64,000 nt of DNA from Mobula hypostoma. Lineage: Eukaryota. Positions 26,830 through 37,539 of the stretch are shown piece after piece. The stretch is taken from assembly GCF_963921235.1 (NCBI RefSeq), contig NC_086118.1:24492001-24556000 (forward strand). The letters run 5' to 3'. A model generated the notes under the pieces. It did no database searches and was not told the DNA's origin. It worked only from the letters and a program-made list of their open reading frames with translations. The number at the start of each line of letters is the position of its first letter. The first letter of the stretch is position 1. A program made the position numbers and the translations under genes.

Positions 26830-27765
26830 CTCCAGGTTAAAATGCAACAATGGCCAATACTGGTCCTCTGTGATCCCGACCACAGTTTACATACTGCCAA
26901 TGTTAAGCAGGCACTCGATGTATTGAGTGCCATCAGCAAGCAAGAAACAGCCTATCCCCAAGCCTTTCAAATTATTGTTGGGGATCTCAGTCAGGCTTGT
27001 TTGAAGAAATCTCTACCTAATTATCATCAACGTATCACTTGCAGCATCAGGGGTCTGAATACACTCAACTACTGGTATACTACGATTAGGAATGCCTACT
27101 ATTCCATGCCCAGACCACGTTTCGGGAAATCTGTTCACCTGGCTGTCCTCCTCCATACATACAGGCACACAGGCAAAGGCTAAAGAGCAAGGCCCCAGAG
27201 ACAAGGACAGCAAAGAGGTGGTGACAGGAGGCACTATGGGATTGCTTCGAGTCAGTGGACTGGGCCGCGTTCAAGGACTCATCAGTACCTGGACCAATGT
27301 ACCACAGTTGTCACTGACTTTATGAAAACGGTCTTAGATGTATGTGTCTTCACTCTCGTTCAGACTCCTCCCCAGACTCCTCCCCATCCAGAAGCCCAGG
27401 ATGAACCATGAGATCCACAGTCTGCTGTGAGCCATGCCAGTGACATTCTGGTCTGGTGATCAACTTAAATACAAAAGGTCTCGATACGATCACCGGAAAG
27501 TCATCTCACGTGCGAAGTGGAAATTCCGGACCAAACTTGAATCACTGAAGGATGCTCGCCAGCTGTGGCACGGCTTGAATGCGATCACATCCTGAAACTG
27601 AAGCCAGTTGACATGGGTGTCAACAAGACTGTTCCCAGACGACCTCAATGTCTTTTATGCCGGCTATGACCATCAAATATGAAGGCACCTTCAGGAATTC
27701 CTGCAGCCCCCGATGACCCAGTGATTTCAGTCTCTGAAGTCAATGTGAGAGCACCCTTCATGAGG
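26830..27765 (+). mobile_element. Rex1/Babar-like LINE, APE endonuclease/linker fragment
   Basis: IIVGDLSQACLKKSLPNYHQRITCSIRGLNTLNYWYTTIRNAY...PRPRFGKSVHLAVLL (degenerate GDFN, TLD and GKSDH motifs). Confidence 0.85.
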
Positions 27766-27999
27766 GAGCATCCTTCACTCTTCCAGTTCCTGTATTCCTT
27801 CTTAAATGTAAAATGTTTGGAGATTTAAGCCTAACACTGGCACATGAATAAATACAGCGGTTATCTTAGTATGTTATCAAGAAATTACCTACATGTGAAG
27901 GTAGAATTTTTCAGATGAGTGGCTGAACTGAGTTCACGTATTTTGGCATTAAAGATTCCATCTTTCTGATCCACAGTCCATATTCTAGCTTCAAATAAA

Positions 28000-28910
28000 A
28001 GGAGGATATTCTCAAGTTGAGGGGGAACAGCCAGAGGTCATGGTTCACACTAGCACCAATGACATAGGTAGAAAAGGGGAAGAGATCCTACGCAGTGAGT
28101 ATATAGTGTTAGGAAAGATACTGAAGAGGAGGACCTCCAAGGTTGTAATCCCTGTACCATGGGCTAGTGCAGGTAGGATTTGTGTGATAGCACAGATGGA
28201 TGAGTGGCTGCAGAGATGGTGCAGGAGACAGGGTTTCAAGTTCTTGGATCATTGGAACCTTTTCTGGGGACAGGGCAGCCTGTACAAGAGGGATGGGTTG
28301 CACTTGAACTGGAGGGGAACCAATATCCTGGCCAGAAGGTTTGCTGATGCTACTCGGGAGAGTTTAAACTAGCTTTACAGAGGGCATTGAAAGGCAAAAT
28401 CAAAATAACAGGTACGATGGGTCAGATAGTATGTGAACATTTTAATGCTAGGTGTATTATGAGTAAGGATAATGAACTTAGAATGATGTTGTAGCCATTA
28501 CTGAAACTTGGTTGAGAGAGAGGCAGGAATGTATGATTAATGTACCAGGCTTTCGAAGTTTTAGAAACGATAGAGGAGGAGGTAGAATAGTGGGGGGAGT
28601 TGCCATATCTGGAGTATTGCATACAGCTCTAGTCACTCCACTACAGGAATGATGTTGAGGCTTTGGAGAGGGTGCAGAAGAAGTTTACCAGGATGCTGCC
28701 TGGATTAGAGGGCATGTGCTATCACAAGAGGCTGGATAAACTAAGGTTGTTTTCTCTGGAGCATTGTAATCTGAGCGGAAATCTGTTAGAGGTTTAGAAG
28801 ATTTGAGAAGCACAGACAGAGTGCACAGAGAGTATTGGTTTCCCATGGTTGAAATGTCTAATACCCAAGGGCATGCATTGAAAGTGAGAAGGGATAGGTT
28901 CAAGGGACTT
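28000..28910 (+). mobile_element. Internally deleted CR1: ORF1 SGNH esterase, APE start, RT end
   Basis: VHTSTNDIG...YKRDGLHLN (28040-28372); gccattactgaaacttgg (ITETW); jumps to ctggagtattg (LEYC) at ~28610. Confidence 0.85.
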
Positions 28911-29069
28911 TTTTAGGCACATATTGTTTCTTTCAGCAGTGGATGCGTTTTTAGAAGATAAGAAGCTAGTCATCACATTTCGGGATGATATACTTTCAAA
29001 TTATGTTTTAAACCACTGAAACTTACCTTTGTCCCTGCTTCTCCCGCAGATCAGTAAGTTTTACGTCCA

Positions 29070-29260
29070 CAGGCATCTTACTTCATAGATATAGCCATTC
29101 CAAACACATAACATACAGAAATCAATAAATGAATAACACCAGAAATATTCTGAATTATAAGAGGAAATTGAAAGACTATGGAACATGAACAGGGTATACA
29201 TTCTCTCAATATCTACAACTGGCATCTTCCCAAAGTCGTGAAAAAATAGCATTAAATGAG
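29070..29260 (+). mobile_element. R4/Dong-like non-LTR element, restriction-like endonuclease C-terminus (part 1)
   Basis: Manual translation with one frameshift: YFIDIAIPN/HNIQKSINE*HQKYSEL*EEIERLWNMNRVYILSISTTGIFPKS*KNSIK. Confidence 0.75.
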
Positions 29261-29464
29261 TAAGACACACAAAATGCTGGAGGAACTCAGCAGGGCAAGC
29301 AGCATCTGTGGAAAAAAGTACAGTCAACATTTTGAGCTGAAACCCTTCATCAGGACTGGAGAAAAAATGCTGAGAAGTAGATTTAAAAGGTGGGGGCAGG
29401 GGAGAGAGAAACAGCAGGCGATAGGTGAAACCTGGAGGGGGAGAGGTGAAGTAAAGAGCTGGGA

Positions 29465-30822
29465 TGTCATGGTCCGGATCGGGGTCCCTTTAAATTTACT
29501 TTGTTTATGTTACGATCTGGACCATTGACTCCCTATTTCCCTTTGGTTCCCTGTTTTCCCGTGTCCTCGGCTTTGGTGATTGGAGGCAACTTACTATCGG
29601 CTGAACCAGTAGTTTATAGTCTCCGGCTTTCAGCTGTTCGGGGCGGCAGCGTCTGCAAAGTCATCAAAGGTACGGTGTGCCAATGTCATCTGGCCGGAGC
29701 AAGCCTAGTCTCTGCCAAAGCGAGTGCCAGTAACTTGCCCTTCCTCACCGGAGCAACCCTGTCCAGATACCTCGCCAAAGCAAGCCTGCAAAGTTTCCTC
29801 ATCAAGGTGGGTCTGTCAGTTAACCCGCCGGAGAGAATCAGGAGCCGCTGTCTACAGTTCCCGGGCCGAGTCTAGAGCTCGCCCCTACCCGGAGGATCCA
29901 AGTACCACGTCCAAGTCCTGGCTCCGGTGGCATCCGAGTACCAAGTCGAGTCCTGTTCCTGGCGGCATCCGAGTACCTAGTCAAGTCATGGTCCTGGCGG
30001 TCTGTGATTCCAGTCCTACCCGCCTGTCTGAATCCCTTCTCTGCCCCTCTCGTCTCTAGCCCTCGTCTGCACCCCTCGCCTACACTTCGGTCTAGTTCTA
30101 TTGCCGGAGATAGATAGGTACTGTCTGGTGTTCTTTCGTGTTGGTCTTGTCCTGTCTTGTCCTCACCTCCGTGGGTTAAGTCAGGCCATCTTGCCGTTGC
30201 CCCGCGGGCGGTCATGAGTCCCGGCCCTATGTCCTGTACCCAAGGAGGGGTCCCAGTTCTCCGTTCTGTGTGTGAGCCCCGGCCCTATGTCCTGTATCCA
30301 AGGAGGGGTTCCGGCTCTCTGTCCTGTGTGTGAGTCCCAGCCCTATGTCCTGTACCCAAGGAGGGGTCCCAGTTCTCCGTTCTGTGTGTGAGCCCCGGCC
30401 CTATGTCCTGTATCCAAGGAGGGGTCCCGACTCTGTGTTCTGTGTATGTGTCCATGGTTCCATGTACCTGCTCTCCCGAGACCGAGGCTCTGTTTTCCAT
30501 GTTCCTCCTCTCTCTAGCCCATGTCATGTCCATGCCTGGTTCTGGGGTCCGAGCCCGAGGCAAGACCCAGGTACTGGGTCCTTGCCCAGTCTCGGGTTCG
30601 GAGTCCATACCCTAGCCTCTTCATGTCTCCTCTAGTTCTGGGAGCCGATTCCGAGTCCTATTCCAGACCCTTGGTCCCAGCCTAGTCGTAGTCCTGAGTT
30701 CGCTATTCCTACTCCTGCCTTGCTCCCCTGGTATCAAACAATAAACTAAATCTAATTAACCTCACAAGATGTGTCTTGCATTTGAGTCCACCCTTGCTCC
30801 CAATGCCCCCGCCACTGTGACA
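29465..30822 (+). mobile_element. Solo LTR (~1.36 kb) with 5-bp TSD
   Basis: TGTCA...TGACA termini; TGGGA at 29460-29464 and 30823-30827; AATAAA at ~30740; GC/CpG-rich and non-coding. Confidence 0.9.
30215..30446. repeat. 4 x 58-bp tandem repeat (ABAB) inside the solo LTR
   Basis: Units start at 30215, 30273, 30331 and 30389 (tgagYccCRgccctatgtcctgtaYccaaggaggggt...). Confidence 0.95.
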
Positions 30823-31080
30823 TGGGAAGTTGATTGGTGAAAGAGACAGAGAGCAATGGAAGAAAGAAAAAGGGGGAGGAGCACCAGAGGGAGGTGATGG
30901 GCGAGCAAGGAGATAAGGTTGGGTGAGGGGGAATAAGGGGATGGGAAATGGTGAAGCAGGGGTGGGGGAGTATTACCGGAAGTTTAAGAAATTGTTCTTC
31001 ATGCCATCAGGTTGGAGGCTACTCAAACAGAATATAAGGTGTTGTTCCTCCAACGTAAGTGTGGCCTCGTCATGACAGAG

Positions 31081-31250
31081 GATTAAGTGGTTAGGCACAC
31101 ACAGCAAAGTTTGTGTAAATCTTCCAAAACCAACAATTCTGAACAGCACTAGAATAGTGTGGAAGTTCCTAACAATTGAAAAATGAGTGTGCTTGGCTAT
31201 GCCCCTACCTCAGGTTTTAGCAGCTTGAGCTGAGAAAAAAAAATCCATAA
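31081..31250 (+). mobile_element. R4/Dong-like element C-terminus and 3' UTR (part 2)
   Basis: LGTHSKVCVNLPKPTILNSTRIVWKFLTIEK* resembles the LQKA..L.T.RI.RK.L terminus of R4/Dong ORFs; followed by an A/TAA-rich tract. Confidence 0.7.
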
Positions 31251-32650
31251 TAATAAATAAATAAGCAATAAATATCAAGAATACAAAATTAAGAGTCCTT
31301 GAAATTGAGTCCATAAATTGTGTGAATATTTCAGTGATGGGATGAATGAAGTTATCCCCTCTGGTTCGAGAGCCTGATGGTTGAGAGGTAATAACTGTTC
31401 CTGAATGTGACGGTGTGGGTCCTAAGGCTCCTGTATCTTCTTCCCGATGGCAGCAGTGAGAAGAGAGCATGGCCTGGATGGTGGGGGTCCTCGATGACGG
31501 ATGCTGCTTTCCTGCGACAGCACTCCATATAGATGTGCTCAGTGGTGGGGAGGGGTTTACCTGTGATCGACTGGGCCATGTCTGCTACATTTTGTAGGCC
31601 TTTCCACTCAAGCCCATGGGTATTTCCATACCAGGCTGTGATGCCGTGATGCAATCAGTCAATGTACTTTCCACCACACATCTATAGAAGTTTGTCAGAG
31701 TTTTAGATGACATGCTGAATGTTTGCAGACAAAGTAGAGGCACTGCTGTGCTTTTGTCATAATGGCACTCATGTGCTGGACACCGGACAGATCCTCTGAA
31801 GTGATAACAGTGAAGCATGTAAAGTTGCCAACCTGCTCCCCTGATGAGAACTGGCTTATGGTCCTCCGATTTCCTCCTCCAGATGTCAATGTCTTGCTGA
31901 CATTGAGTGAAAGTTTGTTGTTATGCCATCACTCACCCACATTTTCAGTCTCCCTCCTACATACTGATCCGTCACTACCTTTGATTCGGCCAACAATAGC
32001 AGGGTCATCAGCAAATTTAAATACATGATCAGAGCTGCGAGACTCACGGCCATAAGTATAAATTGAGTAGAGCAGGGGCCTAAACACACAGTCTTGTGGT
32101 GCACCTGTGCTGGTGGAGATTGTGAAGAGGATGTTGTTGCCAATCTGAACTGACTGGATCTGCATGTGAGGAAATTGAGGGTCGGGTTGAACAAAATTGA
32201 GGATTAGTATTGAGGTCAAAATCATGAAGCTTTTTGATTAGTTTTGAAGGGACGATAGTGTCGAATGCTAAGCTGTAGATAATGAAGAGCATCCTGATGT
32301 ATGCATCTTCACTGTCCAGATGTTCCAGGGCTGAGTGAGGAGCCAATGAAATAGCATCTTCTGAGGACCTTTTCTGATGGTAGGGAAATTGGAACAGGTC
32401 CAAGTTGCTCCTCAGGCTGGAGTTGATATGCTTGATCACCATTCTCTCTAACCACGTCATCGTAGTGGATTGAAGTGCTATTGGAGGAGTTACTGAGGCA
32501 AGTTACCACGTTTTTCTTAGGCACCAGTATAACTTGAAACAGGTGGGTACTTCAGACTGCTGATGCAACAGTTTTTGGTGAACACTGCAGCCAGTTGATT
32601 AGCACAGGTCTTTAGTACTCAGCCAAGTACCCTATTTGGGCTGGCTGTTT
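31250..32650 (-). mobile_element. Rex1/Babar-like LINE RT fragment
   Basis: RSSEDAISLAPHSALEHLD..YIRMLF, STGAPQDCV..PLLYS, KFADD, IEDPHHPGHALFSLLPSGRRYRS. Confidence 0.92.
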
Positions 32651-32689
32651 TTTGTTTTCTTTTGGCTTGTGCTGCAGAGAGGAATGTTT

Positions 32690-32870
32690 TACTCTTCATG
32701 CGTCACCTCTGAGTTGGGACGACATTTACGTGCCGGGCGGCACCTAATTAATTAGCTTGTTTATTTCGGCTTTTCTCTTAAAGCTGTGCTGGGTGCGTCC
32801 CGGCCACCGCTGCACCACTGCATTCTTCGTGGCCCTGATCGGTCCGCGGCCCAGAGGTTGGGGACCACTG
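32690..32870. mobile_element. hAT (Charlie-like) DNA transposon/MITE end; only one TIR visible
   Basis: Ends ...GGTCCGCGGCCCAGAGGTTGGGGACCACTG (reverse complement CAGTGGTCCCCAACC) followed by GTTTAGAA, similar to the Charlie NTCTAGAN target; CpG-rich. Confidence 0.7.
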
Positions 32871-33825
32871 GTTTAGAATTCAGCAATGAAAGTTCAAGTG
32901 TTTGATAAGAGGACAAAAATTAAATTCAAGAGTACACGTGCAAGGAACATGAAATGGGATTTTTAGAACTTTCGACAAGAATATAAAAAGAGAAAGATTA
33001 AAGAAGCCATATGCGGTATCCTTATATAGAGAAAGAGATCACACTCTTATATAAAGAAAGAGATCATATTATGGAGAATAAACAACTGGAAGACAGACAC
33101 TTTGGTTCTCTCTTCACAGAAGAGGACACAAATATAGAAAACAAATGGCAGGGGTTGATGGGAATTATTTTAGCTGGAAATCCGTGGTTTCTAGTGTTCC
33201 ATGGGGAGCACAGGCATTTGTACTTGGACCTCTGCTGATGTGTGACTAAGGTTAAAATGTAGATGGATGGGTTAGTATGTTCACAAATGACACAAACATT
33301 GGTGGTGCTGTGGATAGTGTAGAAGATTGCCAAAGAATACAATGGGATATACTGTAGATCAGTTGCAGATATGGGCAGAGACAGTACAGTACACTCCTAA
33401 TAGCAGGACCCTTAACAAGGTTGATGTACTGATAGATCTTGGGGTCCAAGTCCATGGCTCCATAGAAGTGGCTGCATTGGTCAGTAGGATAGCAGAGAAG
33501 GCATATGGAATGTTTGTTTTTATTCGATGAGCCACTGAGTTCAAGAGTTGGGAAGTTTTGTTTCAGCTTTATAACATGCTAGTTACGACAGATCTGGAGT
33601 ATCGCATTCAGTTCTGAACACCCCGTTAGAGGAAGGATGTTGGCTTTGGAGAGTGTGCAGAAGAGTTCTACAAAGGCGCCTGGATTAGAGGACATGTGCT
33701 ATTAAGAGACTTTGGACAAACTTGGATTATCTTCTTTGGAGTGAGAGAGTCAGAGGCGAGAAATGACTGAAGTTGATAAGATTATGAGGCATTGATATAG
33801 AGTACAGGTAGATATATTTTTAATT

Positions 33826-34048
33826 ATAACCATGTAACTATATAACAATTACAGCACGGAAATAATTTCGGCCCTTCTAGTCCATGCCAAACTCTTACTC
33901 TCAGCTAGTCCCACCAACCTGCACTCAGCCCATAACCCTCCATTCCTTTCCTGTCCATATAGCTATCCAATTTAACTTTAAATGACAACATCGAACCTGC
34001 CTCAACCACTTCTGCTGGAAGCTCGTTCCACACAGCTACCACTCTCTG
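33826..34048 (-). mobile_element. Short CR1 3'-end insertion, same family as 1220-2490
   Basis: Near-identical to 1225-1449, including the ataaccat tail. Confidence 0.93.
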
Positions 34049-34129
34049 GAATCTTTTTCTCAGGGTCAAAATATCGAATACTAGACGGCATGCTTTAAGG
34101 GTAGAGAGGATAACTTTGAAGGAGATGTA

Positions 34130-35100
34130 GTCTTGCCTTCTTTTATTGTACTCCTTCCTCTTCAGCTCTCGTCTTTTCCACCTATCACCTCCCAGCTTCT
34201 CACATCATTCTATTTTTTTTTAGATTATGAGAACACTCAGTCCTCTTTTATTGTCATTTAGAAATGCATACATGCATTAGGAAATGATACAATGTTCCTC
34301 CAGAGTGATATCACAGAAAACAGGACAAATCAAAGACTAACACTGACAGAACCACATAATTATAACATATAGTTACAGCAGTGCAAAGCAATACCATAAT
34401 TTGATAAAGAACAGACCATGGCTATGGTAAAATAAAGTCTCAAAGTCCCGAGTCAATCAACTCCCGAGTCCCCGATAGCAGACGGCAAAGGGAGAAACTC
34501 CCTGCCATAAACCTCCAAGGCACCAACAACTGCCGATGCCTTGGAAGCAGCCGACCACAGCCGACACCGAGTCCGTCCATCCGAAAACTTCGAGCCTCCA
34601 ACCAGCCCCTCCAATACAGCCTCCCGAACACCATCTTCTGCCGAGCGCCTTCGACCTAGCCCCGGCCACTGAAACAAGCAAAGCCGAGGATTCGGGGCCT
34701 TCTGCTCCGGAGATTCCGGTTACCACACAGTAGCAGCGGCAGCATTTCAGAAGTTTCTCCAGATGTTCCTCCGTACTCCTACATCCGTCTCCATCAAATC
34801 AGAATTGTGCACGCTCCCCTACTTGACAGATTACAGATATCATTCACCAGAGAGGCCGCGCGCGCTGCGTCGTGCCACCATCTTCTCCTCCTCATGCCCT
34901 TCCCCACCTACCTGTCTTCCCCTGTCATTTGGACTCACCCATCACCTGTCAGCTTGTGCTCCTCCCCCAGCCTTTTTCCTCTTACTTCCAACCACTTCCG
35001 ATTCAGTCCCAACGAGGGGCCTCAATCCAGAACATTGAGCGTCCATTTCCCTTCACAAATGCTGCCCAACCTGCTAAGCTCCTCCAGCTTTCTGAGTGTG
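34130..35100 (+). mobile_element. Old Penelope pLTR fragment, interrupted at ~34213-34893
   Basis: cacctatcacctcccagcttc...; decayed hammerhead at ~35004-35040; gctgcccaacctgctaagctcctccagc tail. Confidence 0.7.
34213..34893 (-). mobile_element. Non-autonomous poly(A) retroelement with CpG-rich 5' end
   Basis: Minus strand starts GGAGGAGAAGATGGTGGCACGACGCAGCGCGCG and ends GACAATAAAAGAGG...ATCTAAAAAAAAA; no credible ORF. Confidence 0.6.
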
Positions 35101-36124
35101 ATATTCAAAGAAGCTGAGTAGGGCAAGTTTTTTTTAAACACAGGTGAGTGCCTGGAATGCTCGGCCATGGGTGATAGTGGAGGCAAGGATGATAGAGGCA
35201 TTTAAGAGGCTCTTAGACAAGCACAAGAATGTACAGGGAATGGAGGAATACGGACGTTGTGTAGGCAGACAGGATTAGTTCAGTCAGACATTTAATTTCT
35301 AACTTAATTAGTCTGACCAAATATTGTGTGTTGAAGGGCCTGTTCATGTGGTGTACTGTTCTGTGCTCTATAAGAGCCCAGAAATGTTAGGGAATCAAGA
35401 GATGAAAGAATTAAAGGAATATAGTATTAATAATAAAATAGTACTGGAGGAATCAATGATATTGAAAGCCAATAAATCCAGAGGGCCAGCTAACCTGAAT
35501 CCCAAAGTGCTAAAGGTTGTGTAAAGACCTTTGAATGCCATCTTTCAAAATTTTATAGATTAAGGAATAGTAGTAATAGATTGAAGGTGGCAAATGTAGC
35601 CCCATGATTCAAAAAAGGCAGAGGGACAGAGAAAGCAGGACCGAATCAGTTAAAATGTTAAAATCTGTAAAAATGTTAAAGTTGATTATTGAGAAAATAA
35701 TTTACTGGACACTTAAAAAGTATCAACAGATTTAGATTGCTTTCATGTTCATTAACAGGAGATTGTGTTTAATTTATCAGATGCAGATTTTATGTAACTG
35801 ATAGACTAGATAAGGGAGAGCCAGAAGGTATGGTGCATTTTTGAATAGCTTTGATAAAGTTGTACATCAGACATGAAGGTACAAAATAAAAAAAAAGTGG
35901 GTTTGGGCGCATTACTATAGTATGGACTGAGAATTGACTAACAGACAGGAAACAGAGGAGGAATAAATCAGACTTTTTTTAGGGTGGCAAGCAATAACTA
36001 ATAGTGTTGCACAGGTCTATTATCTAGACGCTAAATATTCACACTTTACAGCAGCTAGTCTGATGAGGGAACCAAATGCAACTTTGCAGTTTGCTGATGA
36101 TGTAGTACTGGCTGAGATCACAAA

Positions 36125-36440
36125 GAGAAAGGCAAAGATAAGCATTATTTGTCATGTGTATAGTGAAGCTTCAAAGTATACATTGAAATGTATCGTTTGC
36201 TTCAAGAACAAACACAGATGTACACTAGGGGCAGCCCACATCTGTCACTATGCTTCCAGCACAATGTAGCATGCCCACAACTCACTACCCTAACTCATGC
36301 ATCTTTGGAATGTGGGAGGAAACCAGAGCACCTGGAGGGAACTCAGGTGGTCACAGGTAGAGAGTACGAAGTCCTTACAGACAGTGGTGGAAATTGAACA
36401 GGTGGCACTGCAACCCATTATGCTAACCACTGCACTACCA
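36125..36440 (-). mobile_element. V-SINE-like SINE nested in CR1
   Basis: tctttggaatgtgggaggaaaccagagcacctggagg V-domain; tgctaaccactgcactacc head. Confidence 0.75.
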
Positions 36441-36796
36441 TACCTTTCATCAGTTGTGAGGAGGACACAAAGATGCTTCAGGGTGACGTAGTCACATTAA
36501 CTGAGTGGGACATGCATGGTAAATGCAATATAACTTATTAAATAGAGGTTATCCACTTCTGTAGGAAAAATAGAAGCATACTATTTAAATGGTGATACAT
36601 TGGGAATGTTGGTCTATGTGCCCCTGTACACCAGTCACTAAAATGAAGCATACAAGTGCAGCAAGTTATTTAAAAGTATACGATCCATTGCCTTTCATTT
36701 CAAAAGGTTTTGAGTGTAGTAGCAAGAATGTCTCTGTATAATCACACAGGGCCTTTGTGAGACTGTACTTTGCGTTGGGCACAGTTTTGATCCTTA

Positions 36797-36901
36797 CCTA
36801 AGAAAGGACAGACGACGTTCGACGTTCCCGCTCCCCCTCCCCTAAGAAAGGACAAACGACATTTGACGTTCCTCCTCCCCCTCCCCTAAGAAGGGACAGA
36901 C
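36797..36901. repeat. 44-bp tandem duplication (2.4 copies)
   Basis: cctaagaaaggacaRacgacRttYgacgttcc..ctccccctcc units at 36797, 36841 and 36885 (partial). Confidence 0.9.
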
Positions 36902-37174
36902 TTGCTACAGAGGGACTGCAGAGAAGATTCACCCGACTGAATCCCTGGCTGGCAGGACTGAGGAGAAACTGGGCTGGTTCAACTCATATTGACTGGAGTT
37001 TAAAACAATGAAAGGGAATGTCATTGAAATATACAGAATGCTGTCAGGAAAGACAGACTGGCAGTAGGATAGGTAAATGGTGGGGGTGGCGGTGAATTTA
37101 GAATCAATAACAAGAGTCACAGTCTAAAAATAATGGCGGGGGGGGGAGAGCTCACTGAAGCCTACAGAACATTT

Positions 37175-37510
37175 TAAGACCTAGATAGAGTTGGCTTGGA
37201 GAGGACGTTTCCATTCATGGGATATTCTAAGACTAGAAGGTAGAGCCTCAGAATAGAAGTACATCCCTTTAGAACAGAGATGAAGAGAAATTTCTTTAGC
37301 CAGAGGGTGTGGAATCTGCCCTGGGCAGCTGTGGAGGCCAGCCATCGGGTACATTTAAAGCAGAGGATGGTTGGTTCTTGATTGGTAAGGGCATTAAAGT
37401 TTACAGGGAGAAGGCAGGAGAATTGATTTGAGAGGGAAAATGAATATGCCATAATTAAATAGCAAAGGGACTCAATAGGCTGAATGGCCTAGTTCTGCTC
37501 CGATTTCTTT
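37175..37510 (+). mobile_element. CR1 3'-end fragment
   Basis: agatgaagagaaatttctttagccagaggg (NFFSQR); ggctgaatggcctagttctgctcc tail. Confidence 0.8.
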
Positions 37511-37539
37511 TGGATACAGGATAAAGCATTTAGCACTGC

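Larger units (their letters stand above)
29262..31080 (-). mobile_element. Penelope-like element 3' fragment, interrupted by a solo LTR
   Basis: cacacaaaatgctggaggaactcagcagg terminus, decayed hammerhead at 29321-29358, atgccatcaggttggaggct (LQPDGM) at ~31000. Confidence 0.88.
33240..35370 (+). mobile_element. Old CR1 3' region split by nested insertions
   Basis: DLGVQVHGS..VAALV..AYGM (33327-33530); resumes at 34050-34130 and 35120-35370, ending gaagggcctgttc...tgttctgtgctct. Confidence 0.8.
35375..37130 (+). mobile_element. Highly degenerate CR1 ORF2 fragment
   Basis: KANKSRGPANLNPKVLK; QFADD at ~36090; colinear RT remnants to 37130. Confidence 0.75.

Noticed and set aside
28040..28372. 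SGNH hydrolase-like ORF as a host gene
   Set aside because: It is the CR1 ORF1 esterase, directly followed by CR1 ORF2 remnants
30215..30446. Regularly spaced repeats resembling a CRISPR array
   Set aside because: Contiguous tandem units without unique spacers, no cas genes, eukaryotic LTR context
29501..30635. Cluster of 75-125 aa ORFs
   Set aside because: Chance ORFs in a GC-rich solo LTR and its tandem repeat
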